From NCBI RefSeq assembly GCF_006345805.1, contig NC_043001.1:806001-870000 (forward strand): a stretch of DNA of 64,000 nucleotides, read 5' to 3'. Of this stretch, positions 41,348-55,738 are shown in pieces; the stretch's first letter is position 1, and the number at the start of each line of letters is the position of its first letter. The DNA comes from Octopus sinensis (lineage: Eukaryota). Both the position numbers and the translations under genes were made by a program. The notes below the pieces were generated by a model. The model was not told the DNA's origin. It worked only from the letters and a program-made list of their open reading frames with translations, and made no database searches.

Positions 41348-43120
41348 TTCATTAAGAATTAAGATAGAAGGTAGATGGGTAGGGAAGAGAGGGGCTGATG
41401 GTAGAGTGAGTAGAATACAAATGAAGGTGGTGGTGGTGGTGGTGGAGATAATTGTTACAGTTTTGATGAGAGAGAGGGAGAGGGAGATGGTCAGAGGGGT
41501 GTGGCACCGGTAACAAGTGGGATATGGAGTGGATTGGAAAAAATACTTGCAACTCTTTCTTTCTCTCTTTCCCTCTCTCTTTCTCTCTCTCTATGTCCTA
41601 TGTTCCTCATCTTTCTCCCTCTCTTTTTCTCTCTCTTTGTCCTATGTTCCTCATTTCCTTTCTCTCTCTCTCTCTCCCACTTTGTCCTATGTTCCTCATC
41701 CTCCTCACACTTCACCCCTCATCTCTACTCCACCACCTGGAGTGGGTGCAGAATATCCTTTGTTCCTCATCACCTTCTCCCATGCTAAAAGTTTTTTTTA
41801 TTGTATTTTTTGCAGGGAACAGTACTCATGACTCCCTTTTACCCATCTCCAGGGGGAAAAAAATTAGCCCCTAACCAGAGGCCTGGTTTTATTATTTCCA
41901 ACAGAGTTGATTCCATTCACTGCACTCAATAACCAGGTGTTGGTGCTAAACTTAGGAAGAGGAATGGCTTCCTTGATGATCTGCCTCACCTTTTCCACTT
42001 GACAAATGGTACTGAAAAGAATCTGGTCAACCACCACCCACCAGCCTGGGCAGTGGGTATTTACACAAAGTGCTGTATGCTGGAATTGAACTTAAAACGA
42101 TGAAGTTGTGATGTGAACTTGTCAATCACACAGCCATATCTGTGCCCTCACTTTGGTAAAGACAGACCTTTGGAAGGGCATGAATGACACAGGTTCTTAA
42201 AATGCTTTCTTTATTTTAGGGTCAATGATTTCGAATAATGTTTTGTGGCTTATCTCTTTCTGTGTGTGCACGTGACTGGGTGTGTGTGTGTGCACGTGAC
42301 TGGGTGTGTGTGTGTGTGCATGTATGCATGTGCGTGTGTGTGCATGTATGCATGTGCGTGTGTGTGCTTGAGTGTTTATGTGCATATGTGGCTGTGTATA
42401 CTTACACTTGTGTGTGTGTGTGTGTGCGTGCACCGGTATCTACATTCTCTTCGTGTACATCAGTAGAGATGTGTGTCAGTTTATATTTGAAGAGATGGAA
42501 ACTGCATGGAAGCCTGTCAGATGGTTTGTATCAGTAACTGACAGGGCTAGCCTTGTCACGCAGTGTCTTCAAACTGGTGGAAGAGTACATCAAGGGTAAA
42601 TTCAGTTACTAGGTAGCTACATCCCAACACACACCCACACACATATACACACACACTCACACACACACTCACACATACACACACACGCTCACACACGCTC
42701 ACACACACACACTCACACACGCTCACACACGCTCACACACACACACTCACACACGCTCACATACGCTCACACACACGCTCACACACACACACTCATGTCC
42801 AACCCATGCCAGTATGTAAAACAGATTTTAAATGATGAGTGACTTTGTTTGCCATCACTAAACTGCGAAGTCACTGTCAATATTTTCCTCATACAACTTA
42901 AACGAATAACAAAACTCAACTAAAAAAAATATTGAGCAATCACACAGTTTCATGTGAAATTGTTTTTATGTCTAGCTTCACATTTATGTGTGTGTGTGTG
43001 TCTGTGTGTCCATCTGTCCATCTGTTCATCTATCTATCCATCTATCTGTCTGTCTATCTGCCTGCCTGCCTGCCTTTCTGTCTGTCTGCCTGCCTGCTTG
43101 TCTATCTGTCTGTCTGCCTA

Positions 43121-43170
<50 letters not shown>

Positions 43171-43700
43171 CTTATCTGTCTGTCTGTCTGCCTGTCTGTC
43201 TGACTGCCTGTCTATCAATCTATCTATCTATCTATCTATCTATCCACATGAATTGTACAGGTAATTCTACTTGAAAATTCCATGAAGGGCACAAATGTCT
43301 ATGGAATACTCAACCGCTTACAGTATTATTCAATGAGCAAAGCAGCACAGTTGTTCACAAGATGAAATACTTATTTTAGAACCTGGTGGAGGTCCATTGG
43401 CAATGTGTGTGTGTGTGTGTGTGTGTGTGTGTCTCTACTTATGTGTGTGTGTGTGTGTGTGTGCATGTTTGCATGTGTGTAAAAATTCTATTAAAAGCAT
43501 CTAAATTTCTCGTAGTGATGCCACCCCAACCCCACCCAGAATATGAGGTGGAAAATATCTAACATTCTGTAAATTTGGTGAGAGAGAGAGCCAAGCCCTT
43601 GTATTCTTTACAGAGGGAACTGTTAATACTCTCTCCCCCCTTCCCTCGCTTTCTCACTATACATGCACACACACACACACACAAACATATTCTAACACAT

Positions 43701-43760
<60 letters not shown>

Positions 43761-43778
43761 GTGTGTGTGTGTGTGTGT

Positions 43779-43810
<32 letters not shown>

Positions 43811-44302
43811 TGGGGGAAGTTAAAGCTTATAAAACATCACAATATTGATGAGGCTGGCTCTTACAATGTTACGATGTCAGATTTTACACATCTGTAACAT
43901 TCAGCTGCAGTGAATTACTGGTATTTAATTCTATTGTCTCTGGAACGATGGAAAAATATGGATAGGATTAGAATTAGAGACCTACATTCAGATGCTGACA
44001 AGCATTTAGTCTAGCAACATTTTTTTCCTATGTTCAGAATTGTCAAAACACGGATGTAACTAACCCCATCACTTGTTAGCAGTCAGAGCATTTGGATCCT
44101 GCAAAACTTCTCGACTTCCCCAAATTCTCTGAAACGATTCCTCACATACTTGTACCCATCCTTTCTTCTTTATGTTTACTGTTCATTCTTCAGGTTTTTT
44201 TTGCGTTTTAGTCTGTCTCCTATGAATGTGCTTCTCACTTTTGTTCCTGTCTTTCTTTGGGCTGCAGTGTACCTGAGCACTGTAGACAATAAGCTTATAG
44301 TA

Positions 44303-44345
<43 letters not shown>

Positions 44346-44346
<1 letters not shown>

Positions 44347-44557
44347 CTTTTCTGCTATAGGCACAAGGCTTGAAGTTTTTGTTGGGAGGGGATAGTAGAT
44401 TACATTGACCCCAGTGCTTGACTGGTACTCTTTCATTCGATTCTGAAAGGATGAAAGGCAAAGTTGACCTCGGCAGAATTTGAACTCAGAATATAAAAAC
44501 AGATGAAATACCGCTAAGCATGTTGCCTAGTGTGCTAATGATTCTGCCAGCTTGCCC
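44346..44557 (-). mobile_element. tRNA-derived SINE (family C)
   Basis: Same core as the other family C copies; (AAT)n on its left; abuts the R4/Dong element on its right. Confidence 0.85.
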
Positions 44558-46130
44558 CTTGGTCAGATAAATCATCTCCTTTCCATGGATGATGTAAAGG
44601 TTTATGCAGAAAATGAGAAACAGCTTAAAAGTCTTGTACATACTATCTGCATTTCTTCAAATGACGTAGGTATGGAATTTGGGATAGGAAAGTGCATTAT
44701 ATTGAAAATGAAAAGAGGGAGATTTGAGAGAAACCAAGGAATTGAAATGGCAAATAGGCAAACAATGAGAGTGGTTGAGAAAAGACAGGGGTAGAAACAC
44801 TTGGGAATACTGGAAGCAAATGAAAAAAAAAATGAAGAAATGAAAGAAATGACTAATAGGGAGTACGCAAGGAGAGTAAAAAAAATATTTAGAGTCAAAG
44901 CTAAATTCAAAAAATCTTATTGAAGCAATACATTCAAGATCTGTACTCTTCATCAGATATGGAGTTGGGATTATAGACTGGACCAAATATGATATAAAGA
45001 AACATGACAGGAAAACTAGAAAGTTGTTGACAATATACGGAGCCCACAATCCGAAAGCTGATACCAACTGGTTGTACTTGAGGAAAGACCAGAGTGAAAG
45101 AGGCTTAGTAGCAAAAGAAGAATGTGTACAGATGGAAAGAGAAAGTCTAGTACAGTATTTACTTAAAGCAGAGAAAACTATCGAAGACAGTTAATAAAGA
45201 ACAGGTGATCAAGTGCGTAATAAGAGAAAAAAAGACAAGAATAAAATACAAAGAGACATGTCAGACAGATCGAAGACAAACCACTGCATGGCCAATTTTG
45301 GATAGCCATTGAAGACATGTGTGGAACGAAATCCTGGGTTTGGTTAAAAAAATGGCAATAAAAAAGAAACAGACAGCCTAATTGTAGCAGCCCAAGATCA
45401 AGCAACAAAAACAAACAACTTGAGAAAAAATGTATATGGAGAGAATGTGTCAGAAAAATGTAGAGCCTTTGGAACTTGGAATGAGACAGTGGTACACATT
45501 TTGGCAGAATGCCCCAAGTTGGCACAGAAAGAATATAAGAAATGGAGGCATGACCAGGTTGTAAAAGTTTTACACTGGAAACTTTGCTAGAAATGGGGAT
45601 TTGAAGCTCGAAAGACATGGTACAATTACCGAGTGGAAAGAGTCCTGGAGTTGGAGAAATGTAAGATTTTGTGGGACTTTCCTATTCAAATGGACAAGAT
45701 GTTAAAAAATAATAGACCAGACATAACAATTATAGATGAGGAAAAGCAAAGTTGCTTACTGATCGATCCTTTGTGCCCGTTTGATTCCAGGATCGTAAGA
45801 AAGAGGATGAAAAGCAAAAACAAAGAAATGCAATAGAAAGAATTTGGAGCATGAGAACAATGAAGGTCGCGCCTATAAAAATTGGTGTGTTGGAAAGAGT
45901 AAGCAAAGATAGAGACAAATGGCTGAAGGAGATTGGAATAGAATACCTGGTAGAGCTACTACAGAAAGTTTGTCCCTTAGGGATAGCAAAGATTGTCAGG
46001 AGGGTTCTAGGCACTTGAAAGACAGCTGGATACTTAAGGTTACAGGTAATAACCCACTACCCACATAAATAATCCTACCAAGAATAAGACTGAACCTGAG
46101 CCAAACCAAAGTGATAATAATAATAATAAT
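44558..46130 (+). mobile_element. 5'-truncated, decayed R4/Dong-clade non-LTR retrotransposon (RT, CCHC, RLE)
   Basis: INHLLSMDDVKVYA.NEKQL.SLV...GMEFGIGKC (RT YxDD region), AAQDQA, ETVVHILAECPKLAQKEY..RHDQV, ILWDFPIQ.DK....NRPDITIID....LLID (PD-D/ExK-type RLE); stop at 46016-46018, short UTR, then (TAA)n. Confidence 0.9.
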
Positions 46131-46218
46131 TATAATGGATGGTAGCATTGACCAGCAATGAACACAAGGCAAAATTGCAATAATAATAATAATAATGATA
46201 ATAATAACAACAACAATT

Positions 46219-46249
<31 letters not shown>

Positions 46250-46254
46250 TAATG

Positions 46255-46299
<45 letters not shown>

Positions 46300-46305
<6 letters not shown>

Positions 46306-46990
46306 GGCAAGAAAAGCTCCTTCATGGCAAATACTGGACTAAACTAAATGCAAAAGAAATAGACAAAGAAAAATCCCAGCAATGGTTGAGAAGTTCAGGA
46401 CTCAATGCAGAGACAGAAGGATTTTTAATTGCAGCACAAGACCAAAGCCTCCCCACCAGAAATTACCAAAAACACATAATGAAAAGAAATACAACAAGTA
46501 GCTGCAGAATATGTGGAGATGGACAAGAAACAATAAATCATATTATCTCTGGTTGCCCAGTCCTGGCAAAGAAAGAATATATTCACAGACAAGACAGAGT
46601 TGGGACCTACATACACTGGAAGCTATGCCAACATTATGGAATAACAACAGAAAAAAGATGGTATAGGCACACACCAGAAAAGGTCACAGAAAATGGATAT
46701 GTCAATACACACAGATAGAGAACTTAAGGCCAATTCCTATCATAGTAGGTGCATTAGGTATGATAAAAAAAATATTCAGGCAAATACATAACAAAAACAC
46801 CAAGATTAACAAGTATATATAACATACATAAAATAGCACTACTAGGTACCGCACACATCCTATGTAAAACACTTTCAATACAGTAAAAATAAGAGCACCA
46901 CAAGAAGCCACAGCACATACCCAAGGCACACAGAGTTATGCTCAGTAGTGCAGGGAAAGCACATGATAAAAATAAGACTACTGAATAATA
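46300..46990 (+). mobile_element. Second R4/Dong-type element, 5'-truncated and internally deleted
   Basis: ORF KWQEKLLHGKYW...ETEGFLIAAQDQSLPTRNY...CRICGDGQETINHIISGCPVLAKKEY..RQDRVG.YIHWKLC, then PIIVGALG and a 3' UTR ending in AATAATAATA; preceded by (AAT)n. Confidence 0.9.
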
Positions 46991-47007
46991 ATAGCAATCA
47001 TAATATT

Positions 47008-47310
47008 AACAAGATCACTCAGAGAGCAGAAACCTCTGCCAAGGCAACACCAATGTCCTCTAAACGATTAGCCAGAAATAATTTTCAAAATGAGAATATC
47101 TGAAATAAATTCAACTGTTCTCACAAATGAAAATAAGAAAAATGAACTCTCAAAAATTCAATAAAAAAACAGGGAAACATAATTCAGAATCCTTGTCCGG
47201 TACTGGATTGATCCCCAAATCTAAATAGTTTGTACCAGTCATGAGACCTAACAACCCTGAAAGTTTCATCTGAATCCACCCAGCGGTTCTTGAGATATTC
47301 TACAAAAGAC
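47008..47310 (+). mobile_element. Possible Helentron-associated non-autonomous element fragment
   Basis: Begins AACAAGATCACTCAGAGAGC and contains GAAAGTTTCATCTGAATCC..CAGCGGTTCTTGAGATAT, a motif style I recall from HINE/DINE-like repeats; inference. Confidence 0.35.
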
Positions 47311-49279
47311 ACTCATAATTTGGTGGCACCAAATAAAGTGAAATCTTGCCATAGAAACAAAACCGTCACAAAAAATCTTAGGAAAGAAACCCCATAACCC
47401 AGCAACTTAGATGGAACACACCTTTGCCATCTTCTAGGCCAGGTAAGCTGGAGCAATGCAAAATGAATTGTCTTGCTGAAGGGAGGACACAGCACCTGAC
47501 TCAGGAATCGAACCCATGACCTTATGATTGTTAGAGCATGGTTGTAGTTCTACTGAGAAGTAACAGTCACAGTTCTTACAACACAGAAGATAAATACCAA
47601 CTGTGTGGTCTATTTCCTGAAATAAAACAGAATGGAAATGCTCTACATTAGCTTCAACAAAATTCACACAGTATTGTACAAAGCTGTCCTGCCTCACCAA
47701 CCAGTTAAAGGAAGCTGCATCAACCAAAAGATTATATCGTACTCCACTTGCCTTAGAAAATAGAACGGTCAAAAAGCTGTTCTGCAAGTTCAGTACTAAG
47801 ACAGACTAGCAGGGGCATCATTTCTTATTATCAAATGGTTATCAAGTTATATGGAAGTGAGTTAAAGAGCAAAGGAACGGCACCAAATGAGCTGTTGAAT
47901 TTAAAATGCTTATAGCAATAAATAAAACAGAGAATCCAGAATCTTGGTTGTAATTGGTAAAACTGGAATGACACATTACTCTGACAGATTCTCTAGAATT
48001 AATCCAAAGCATTTTTGGATAATGTGAAATGTCGTGAAGTTTACTTTTAATAAACATACAATGTTAACCGTGCTGTGAAATGTAAGCAAGCTATTTACCT
48101 GACAAATTTTATACCTGCAGTAAAAAAAAATGTGTGATTTATCAAAGTTTCTTTTTGATCTTCATCATAGAAAGAATTTTCATTTTCTGTCTACAGAGAT
48201 GGATTAGCAGCTGATTAGCTATTTAGAGTGAAGACAAACTAGGACTCAGCTTAACTGGCCTGTTTAATTTACATAACAAGAAATATGCAAAGTAATTTAA
48301 TTAATTCGTAATGCAATGAATAGCATTTTCAATAATTTGAAATGTAAGGCATGCTGTTTTTTTAAAATAAGTGTAATAATGAGATGAACACCAAAGTTGA
48401 TGAAATGAAGTTGAGTCAATATTTAAGATCTTCATAAGGTATTGTTACAAAGATCACAAGTGAGGGTCTGGGGGGGGGGAAGCTGATAAAGAAAAGGAGG
48501 TTTTATTGATTGTAGCTATGGATGCTTGTTGACAGAGAAACAAAAATATTTCTGTGTAAATGAAAATTTTAGCCTGTGTTAGTATAGATAGTTCTTTTGA
48601 CAGTAAGAATGGTGAAGACATCACCAAATCCAAGAATTTCATCTGACATATTACTTGTTGTTTAACCTCTCAATTCACGGCTGGGGTTCTTAGAATGGAC
48701 CCTTTTTATAAGTTCCATAACAAATCTTATTAGACAGAATTGTGTTGACATCACTTGATTCACAAAGTCTGTAAAATTTCTCTTGTTTCTTATAAAGAAT
48801 TTCCTGATTGGAAACAACAAGTCACAAGTTCAAATCAAAGTAAAGACCTGTTATATAAGAATACAATTTTAAATTCATTGTCAAAAGGAAACAAAATAGT
48901 TATATGACAGGTTTTTATTTTCAGGGGCAGAAAAAGTGGACCCAATCTCACCATTTCTCCATTAGCCAAACAATAAGCACTCTTCTGGCCACAGAGAGAT
49001 CAATCTCACTCTGTAACTATTGATAGTGTCTAAAAACTGGGGCTCAGATAAACTTGTTTTTTTTTCATTTTCAATTATTCTATGAAATTTTAATCAGTGG
49101 CAGGTCGTCAGGTTCGAAAGCTCATCAGACTCATTCTTGTCACCATTTTTACATCTACTTTTCCATGCTTGCATGGGTCCTACAACAGTTTGTTGTGGAA
49201 CAGTATTCCGAGTTGGATGTGCTTCTTGATACCAACCTCTTGATGCCGGGCAAAATGCTTTCTGGTATTTTGTCCATCT

Positions 49280-49425
49280 GCATGTTTTGACTTCAAAGTC
49301 TGCTGAGGGTCAGTTTTGCTTTCATCCTTTTGAGGTTGATAAAATAAGTACCAGTTAAACACTGGGGTTGATGTAATCAATTCACTCCTCCTCTTGTTAG
49401 CCTTGTGCCAAAATTTGAAACCAAT
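49280..49425 (+). mobile_element. Partial family C SINE
   Basis: TTTGCTTTCATCCTTTTGAGGTTGATAAAATAAGTACCAGTTAAACACTGGGGTTGATGTAATC. Confidence 0.75.
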
Positions 49426-51200
49426 AATCTCTCTACATACTGAACAACAAATAAAGCAGACATGGTTACATGGAGAACTGGAAACAAACAACAGCATTGG
49501 AAGGAGCCAGCCTTTGTTTAAAAAGATGACATAACACACCAAGCCCCATCAAGAAGCCTAAACATACTTAAACGGTGGGTTTTGGTAAATGGAGCTTTAG
49601 GTTATAACCAGTGAGTACCTGTGGAGATAAGAGGGGAAATATACAGACACACACACGCATGGGCACATACATACACACGCAGACTAAAGCTGCCTAGTGT
49701 CACACAGGAAATAAAGGATTCAATGAGTCACCAATTTGTTGTAGGACAATCATGGTGTTTCATAGAAAAATCTTTTTTGGAACAAAAGGTTTTTATTATT
49801 TGGAACAGAGACATATTTTAAAATTTTCCAATTATAACGAATATTTCTATAATCCACAATAAAAAGAAATAACACACATTTATGCATAGAAATACATGCA
49901 TATTTATGTGTATGTATGTGTGTATATATACATACGCACACACATATATAAATATAGATATATATACACATACATGAACCTCGTGCATGTGTGTATATGT
50001 TTATGATATTACAAAAGATGTAAATTGCTGTTCTTTGAAAGAAGTCATTGCTAGAAGTAGCAGCCAAATCTCCCTCAAAGCGCACTTTATCAACTGAGAA
50101 AAATATATATTCTGTGGTTTTGAGTTCACTTCACATAGGGTAAAACAGGATGGTCATGGCTGGTATGCTATGGATCACAGAGATGCTCCAACCCCTCCCA
50201 CCACACAACACATATGCACACACACTTCAATCTACATACACTGACACGCGGTGCATATATACACACCCTCAAACATAGCATAGACACATTTACACATGCA
50301 TAAACACATTACATATAGACACACACCTACACACAAAATACATAACACACACACACACATATATATATATTTATATATATATATATATATACATACATAT
50401 ATGCATACCATATCCACAGAGACCTACAAACACACACATGCATACTCAACATAGACACACACACACACAAACACACCTACACACTGATAAATATCTCTCC
50501 ACACAATCACTTTTAGTACAAACACCTTTCCATACACATGCAGGCGCGCATGTGCATGCACACACACACACACACACAGAGGCACACACCCACACACACG
50601 CATCCTTCCTACACAAATATTTCCCCACCCTCGCCAACAATCCTCACCTCACCACACACACATACATCCTCCCTTCCCTACACAACATACAATCTCTCCT
50701 CTCCCTGCATCCATCTCTCCCTCCTCCTCCTCTAATTATTTTGCATTAAGTGCAATAATGCAGTTTTTATAAACAAAATCAAAATAAAACAAGGTTTTTA
50801 TTAATTAATTTATTTCGTTCTCCTTAAATGTCATCTAATCACATGACTCATTGAATCAAGAAGGAAGTATCCATGTAGTCATTCAACTTCTTAGAAATAG
50901 CAGCCAAATATCCCTCAAATTACACTCCACCACTTAGAAAAGAAGGAAAAATACTTTGAATAATGTAGTCCTAGATACACTGTGGCTGAATTAAAGCTAA
51001 ACTTGGGATGAAACAACAATAACTGGTTGTTGTTGTTGATGTTGTTGCTGTTTAGCCCAGGGGCAATACTCATTGAGTCACAGACTTATAATGAAAAGCA
51101 TTCCACCCATGGCTATCCTGCTTATTAATAATCAGAGACTATACACTCCCACACACACACACATGTATATATACATACACACACACATGCACATTCACAT

Positions 51201-51232
<32 letters not shown>

Positions 51233-52199
51233 GGATATAAATACATACAGGAACACTTGTGGGAGAGTTTTTAAAGTTAGACATTTTCGATATTTATAGA
51301 ATTCATCAATTATTCTTTCCACTTCACATATAACAAAAGGAAGGTAAAATGCAATACTGTGTGTGTGTTGTGTGTGTGTTGTGTGTGTATGTGTGTGCGT
51401 GCACGTGCGTATGCATGTATATGTATGGTTCATGGCATTGTTTGTGTTTTGGCTCATAGACATATGTAGATACACGCATATGTAAATATATATTAAATTT
51501 GTGTACCTCCATAATACCTACAGAGAAACCCGGCCTTGCTCGGGATTAAAATAGCTTTTTTATTGTTTTACCTGTTTTGGTATTAAAACCCAATTTCATT
51601 CGGGTCTACTTGGGCCACATTTTAAAGATGAGGAAATCAAAAAAAAAATAAATAAAAAGAAAACGAAAATTTTATAAAAAATTGGTAGTGAAAAAAAGCA
51701 AACCAAATGTTTAAACAGTCTTTGAGAAGTGATTGAAGAAACCTCGCGGATGCAGATGTGAAGGGCAAAGAATGACAGGAAAATGCTGGAAAAATACAAA
51801 ACACCAGTCTGGTCTCTGCACAAAACTGAAATAGTATAATATGACTGCACTTGCAATGTTTTGGATACAATATGTAGTTACACCCAACCTAATTTTGTGG
51901 AATCAGTGTCGGGACGTGAACTCATGAGTTGGGAGTTTGACTTGTTAAGATGGTCAGGTTGCAGAGGTGGCCGGCAACATGAAGGTGGATGCAGTTGGAC
52001 TAAAAAATTGAGAAAGTTACAATGACTCCAGCGATGGCAAAGTAATGGCGGTAGGTTCAAAAGTGTTATTGCTTCTTTGTAGACAACATTCCAGGTGTTT
52101 CTCAATTACCACAAATGAACTGCCAACACTGGAGCATCTGACTGTGAATAAATACCTGCTGTGTCAGATTTAGGCCAACTACTTGTACTTCGTCTGTCT

Positions 52200-52350
52200 T
52201 TATGTTTTGAGTTCAAATTCCACCAAAGTCGACTTTGCCTTTCATCCTTTTGGGGTCAATAAATTAAGTACCAGTTGCATACTGGGGTTGATCTAATTGA
52301 CTGGCCCCACCTCCCCAAAAATTTTTGGCCTTGTGCCTAGAGTAGAAAAG
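52200..52350 (+). mobile_element. Partial family C SINE
   Basis: GAGTTCAAATTCCACCAAAGTCGACTTTGCCTTTCATCCTTTTGGGGTCAATAAATTAAGTACCAG. Confidence 0.8.
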
Positions 52351-52624
52351 AATTTTGTGTAAATTTGTAGGTACACAGCCTAATACAGCTATGATTATAG
52401 GTACAAGTGAAAATTCATAGTCAGGGGACAAGAGCTGTATTCATTAATTCCCCATAAATGTTCTCTTTTTCCTAGACTTTTGATTCTGCATTCACATCTG
52501 CCGGGAAGCTGACCTTTACAACACTGCATGACTTTTGTCCCCTGTCCAACAGAACAGTATCAGGTTTTTTGTATTTGCACTGAATTAATGTTTTTAATGG
52601 GACGTTCCACCAGAATTCCTTGCT

Positions 52625-53220
52625 TTTAAAGGTGTGAATACCTACTGGTTCTGATATGCCTCTGCTCTACACATCTGGGCAGTCCTTCCTGTGGATAGCA
52701 TTTTAATAGTCTTTGGAACTCTATAGTAGCTCAGGAGTAGGAAGTATCTCATAGATACTTTGAGGTAATTGCTGATGATGTGGGTAATATCTTCCACACT
52801 GGTATGATAGAGCTGACATTTCTTACCATAACATGAAGGTTTGGTGGTATCTTTGTTCCCCTTGTTTATTAGGTATTTAGTTGCAATCTCCTGTTCATAG
52901 ATAGCAAAGGCACATCCTACCAAGTGGGATGTAATGTATCTGTATCAGATCCAGGAGAAGCGTTACTCTTCCTGTCAATACTGTTGTTGCCTTCTAGTTT
53001 ATGGGATATGCATTACTTTTTGCTGGTATGATGCCTGCTTCTCCTCTTCTGTTTGGGTAGGCCAGTCCAGCCTCCCTTGGGTCACATGACACAGCTGAAT
53101 TCTCAGATTACCTGCACAGTAGTTCTTCTCCAACTCTGAAGATGTTGCTCTCTCTTTTGAGTAAGCATGGAATGTACTCATTTCTCTCTCTACTGTTCGG
53201 CAGGTGTGGCCTGAGTGATA
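52625..53220 (-). mobile_element. Decayed RLE-type (R4-like) LINE fragment
   Basis: Minus reading YQQKVMH...DRKS.FSWI...ITSHLVGCAFAIYEQEIATKYL...KCQLYHTSVEDITHIIS is a degenerate version of the Q-D/E-Q and CCHC region of RLE LINEs. Confidence 0.65.
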
Positions 53221-54322
53221 CAATATGACAGTCAAAGACTGTCTGGACTGACCTTATGCATTATGCATGTGTGAGCGTGTATGTATGTCACTTCTATTTT
53301 TTAATTATCATAAATTTTCCACTGAGGAGGGAGCTGGTTTCCAATAAAGATACAAGGCTCCATCTTTGGGATGTAGTTAACACAGACAAATTCACGTTTA
53401 GAATTTGAGAAAAGTCTTGCATACTTTTACTGTTCCACTCACAGATTGTATGTATGTATGTACAGGGTTGGGCAGAGAGGGCAGGCATTTCTGAACTGGC
53501 TATTACTCAGCCCAAGTGGGAGGGACATATGTCCAACAGGTACCATTTGGTCTGTGGGTGTTGTAGCATTTTTTCTTTTCGGGTGAAGCTATGGCACTGT
53601 GGACGATAGAGCATCACGTGTTTGCCTAAAACAGTTACGTAAAGAATAACGAGTCTGTCACAGCAGTTCATGGTGAGTTTCAGTGCCACTTCAATATCCA
53701 CCAAAATCAGACAGACCCCCTCTCCCTTGTAACACAATTTTATGTTGGGAGAATGCACTTTGTACACGAGGTACACTAATGAATAGGAGACCAGTGGGGG
53801 TGCCACAAATGGTAGGGACCCTGGAAAATTTGGAATGCATGAGACCAGCTTTGATACAGAGTCTGTATCAAATTGTTTTCCACACTTGATTTTGACAAAT
53901 GTCAATTCAATAGGAACACATTGATGTCAATAAGATTCGTTTGCTGCTAAAATGAATGATTTTGTGAATTTTTCAAACACGTCTGTCCTGACTGCCCCAC
54001 CCTATATGTATGTATGGATGGATGCATGTAAACATATTTCAAAATGAGAGAGAGAAAGAGAGAGTGAAAGAGAGGAAGAGAAAGGAGTGAGGGTGTATGA
54101 TATGGATGCAAGATGATTGATTTTAGGGGAATGATGCAATGAATTAGACTGCCTCCAATATTTAAATCTATTTTACTAAATCAGCCGGGACAGAAATGAA
54201 GCTGTACCTGGCAACAGGTGGACTCTCTATTTTACTGAATACTCTCATCATTTTTAATTGAAACAACATAATAAATTTGTTATATGTAATAATCTATTGC
54301 TAATAACATTAACAGCTGAAAA

Positions 54323-55175
54323 TCTTTATATATATAAAACTGAGAATGTGTGTCTGTCTGTCTGTGTGTTTCCCTAAAACCTGAGAACTACACAACCAAT
54401 TTCATTCAAATTTTACATATGCCTTACTTAGGGTCCGGGGAGTGTCATCGGCACATTTTAACTTTTTGCCTAGGGCGAGCCCACAGCGATATCATATCTT
54501 CTCCACTACGATTCCCTAAAACTTGAGAACTACACAACCAATTTCTTTCAAATTTTACACATGCCTTACTTAGGGTCCATGTAGTTTCATGGGCAAAAAA
54601 AAAATGTTCAACTTCTTGCCTAGAGCGAGCCCATAGCAATATCATATCTTCTCCACTATTTCAGTATTACGTGTTAAAAGTGAAACAAAAATATTTCTCT
54701 ATTTTATGTCAGATGCTTTCACTTTAACAATAAAAATAATAATAACAATTGAATTATATGTAGTAAGTAATAATTAAAATTAAACTAAAGTATAATATAA
54801 GTAAAAATAGCAATTGGTATAAAATTGCATCAATGATTTGAACTTGAATAAGTGGTTTCACATGAACGGAAATTAAATCAAAAATAAAACTAGCGTGCAG
54901 AAATGGAATAGTCCAGACGGATAATAAAAAATTAAATTAAAGAAAAGACTATTGTCTATAAAGTATACAATGTAGAGAAAAAAAAGAAGATCTAACAATT
55001 CCAGTCTGTTATATATTTTGAGTATTGTTATCACTAGCGATATCAAGATATAACTTTGTATTTTGCATTTTATGTGTAGATGTATATATATAGATGTACA
55101 TGTAATATGTACACATATATCTATACACATATATACATGCACATATATACGGCAACGACGGGTCTTTAATGCTAG
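54323..55175 (+). mobile_element. Non-autonomous Helitron-like element with internal 142 bp tandem duplication
   Basis: A|TC start at 54323 (TCTTTATATATATAAAAC..GTGTGTCTGTCTG), CTAG|T end at 55172-55176 after a short GC-rich patch; duplicated segment at 54370-54508 and 54512-54658. Confidence 0.7.
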
Positions 55176-55601
55176 TATTTTATAAAAGTTAATGGCAAAA
55201 ATCCGTCTTGACTCTGGTGAGATTAGAACCTAGAATTGAGAAATGTAGAACTGCAGCATATATTCTGGTGCTTTATCAATTTTCTCCTCAACGACTCCAC
55301 AGTATAAACTGTATGCAATGCAAGAAACAAACTGTTTGCTCGTATCAGTTTGTGTTGGTTGGTTATTACGAACACAGCCCAACCCAGTGGACGACCATTA
55401 AACTATATCATTTCTAAATCTTTTCTATCGCGACTGTAATGGCCTCAGCTGTTCTTAAATTACTAATGTTATGTCATCTCCATTTAATTCCACTTGTCTT
55501 TCCTTCTCCAGTGAAATCACCATTCTGCTTCACTGATTAATATAGATATATATTGATTGGTTAGTTATAGGGAAGACATCTAACTGTGGCAACATTCAAA
55601 C

Positions 55602-55634
<33 letters not shown>

Positions 55635-55648
55635 GCACACATGCACAC

Positions 55649-55695
<47 letters not shown>

Positions 55696-55699
55696 CACA

Positions 55700-55738
<39 letters not shown>

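Noticed and set aside
47434-47787. 117 aa minus-strand ORF
   Set aside because: It partly runs through a SINE remnant and has no recognisable domain; the splice-like sites inside are unconvincing.
49095-49135. Minus-strand CTGATGAG motif
   Set aside because: It is followed by GAAC rather than GAAA and has no stem II, so it is not a hammerhead.
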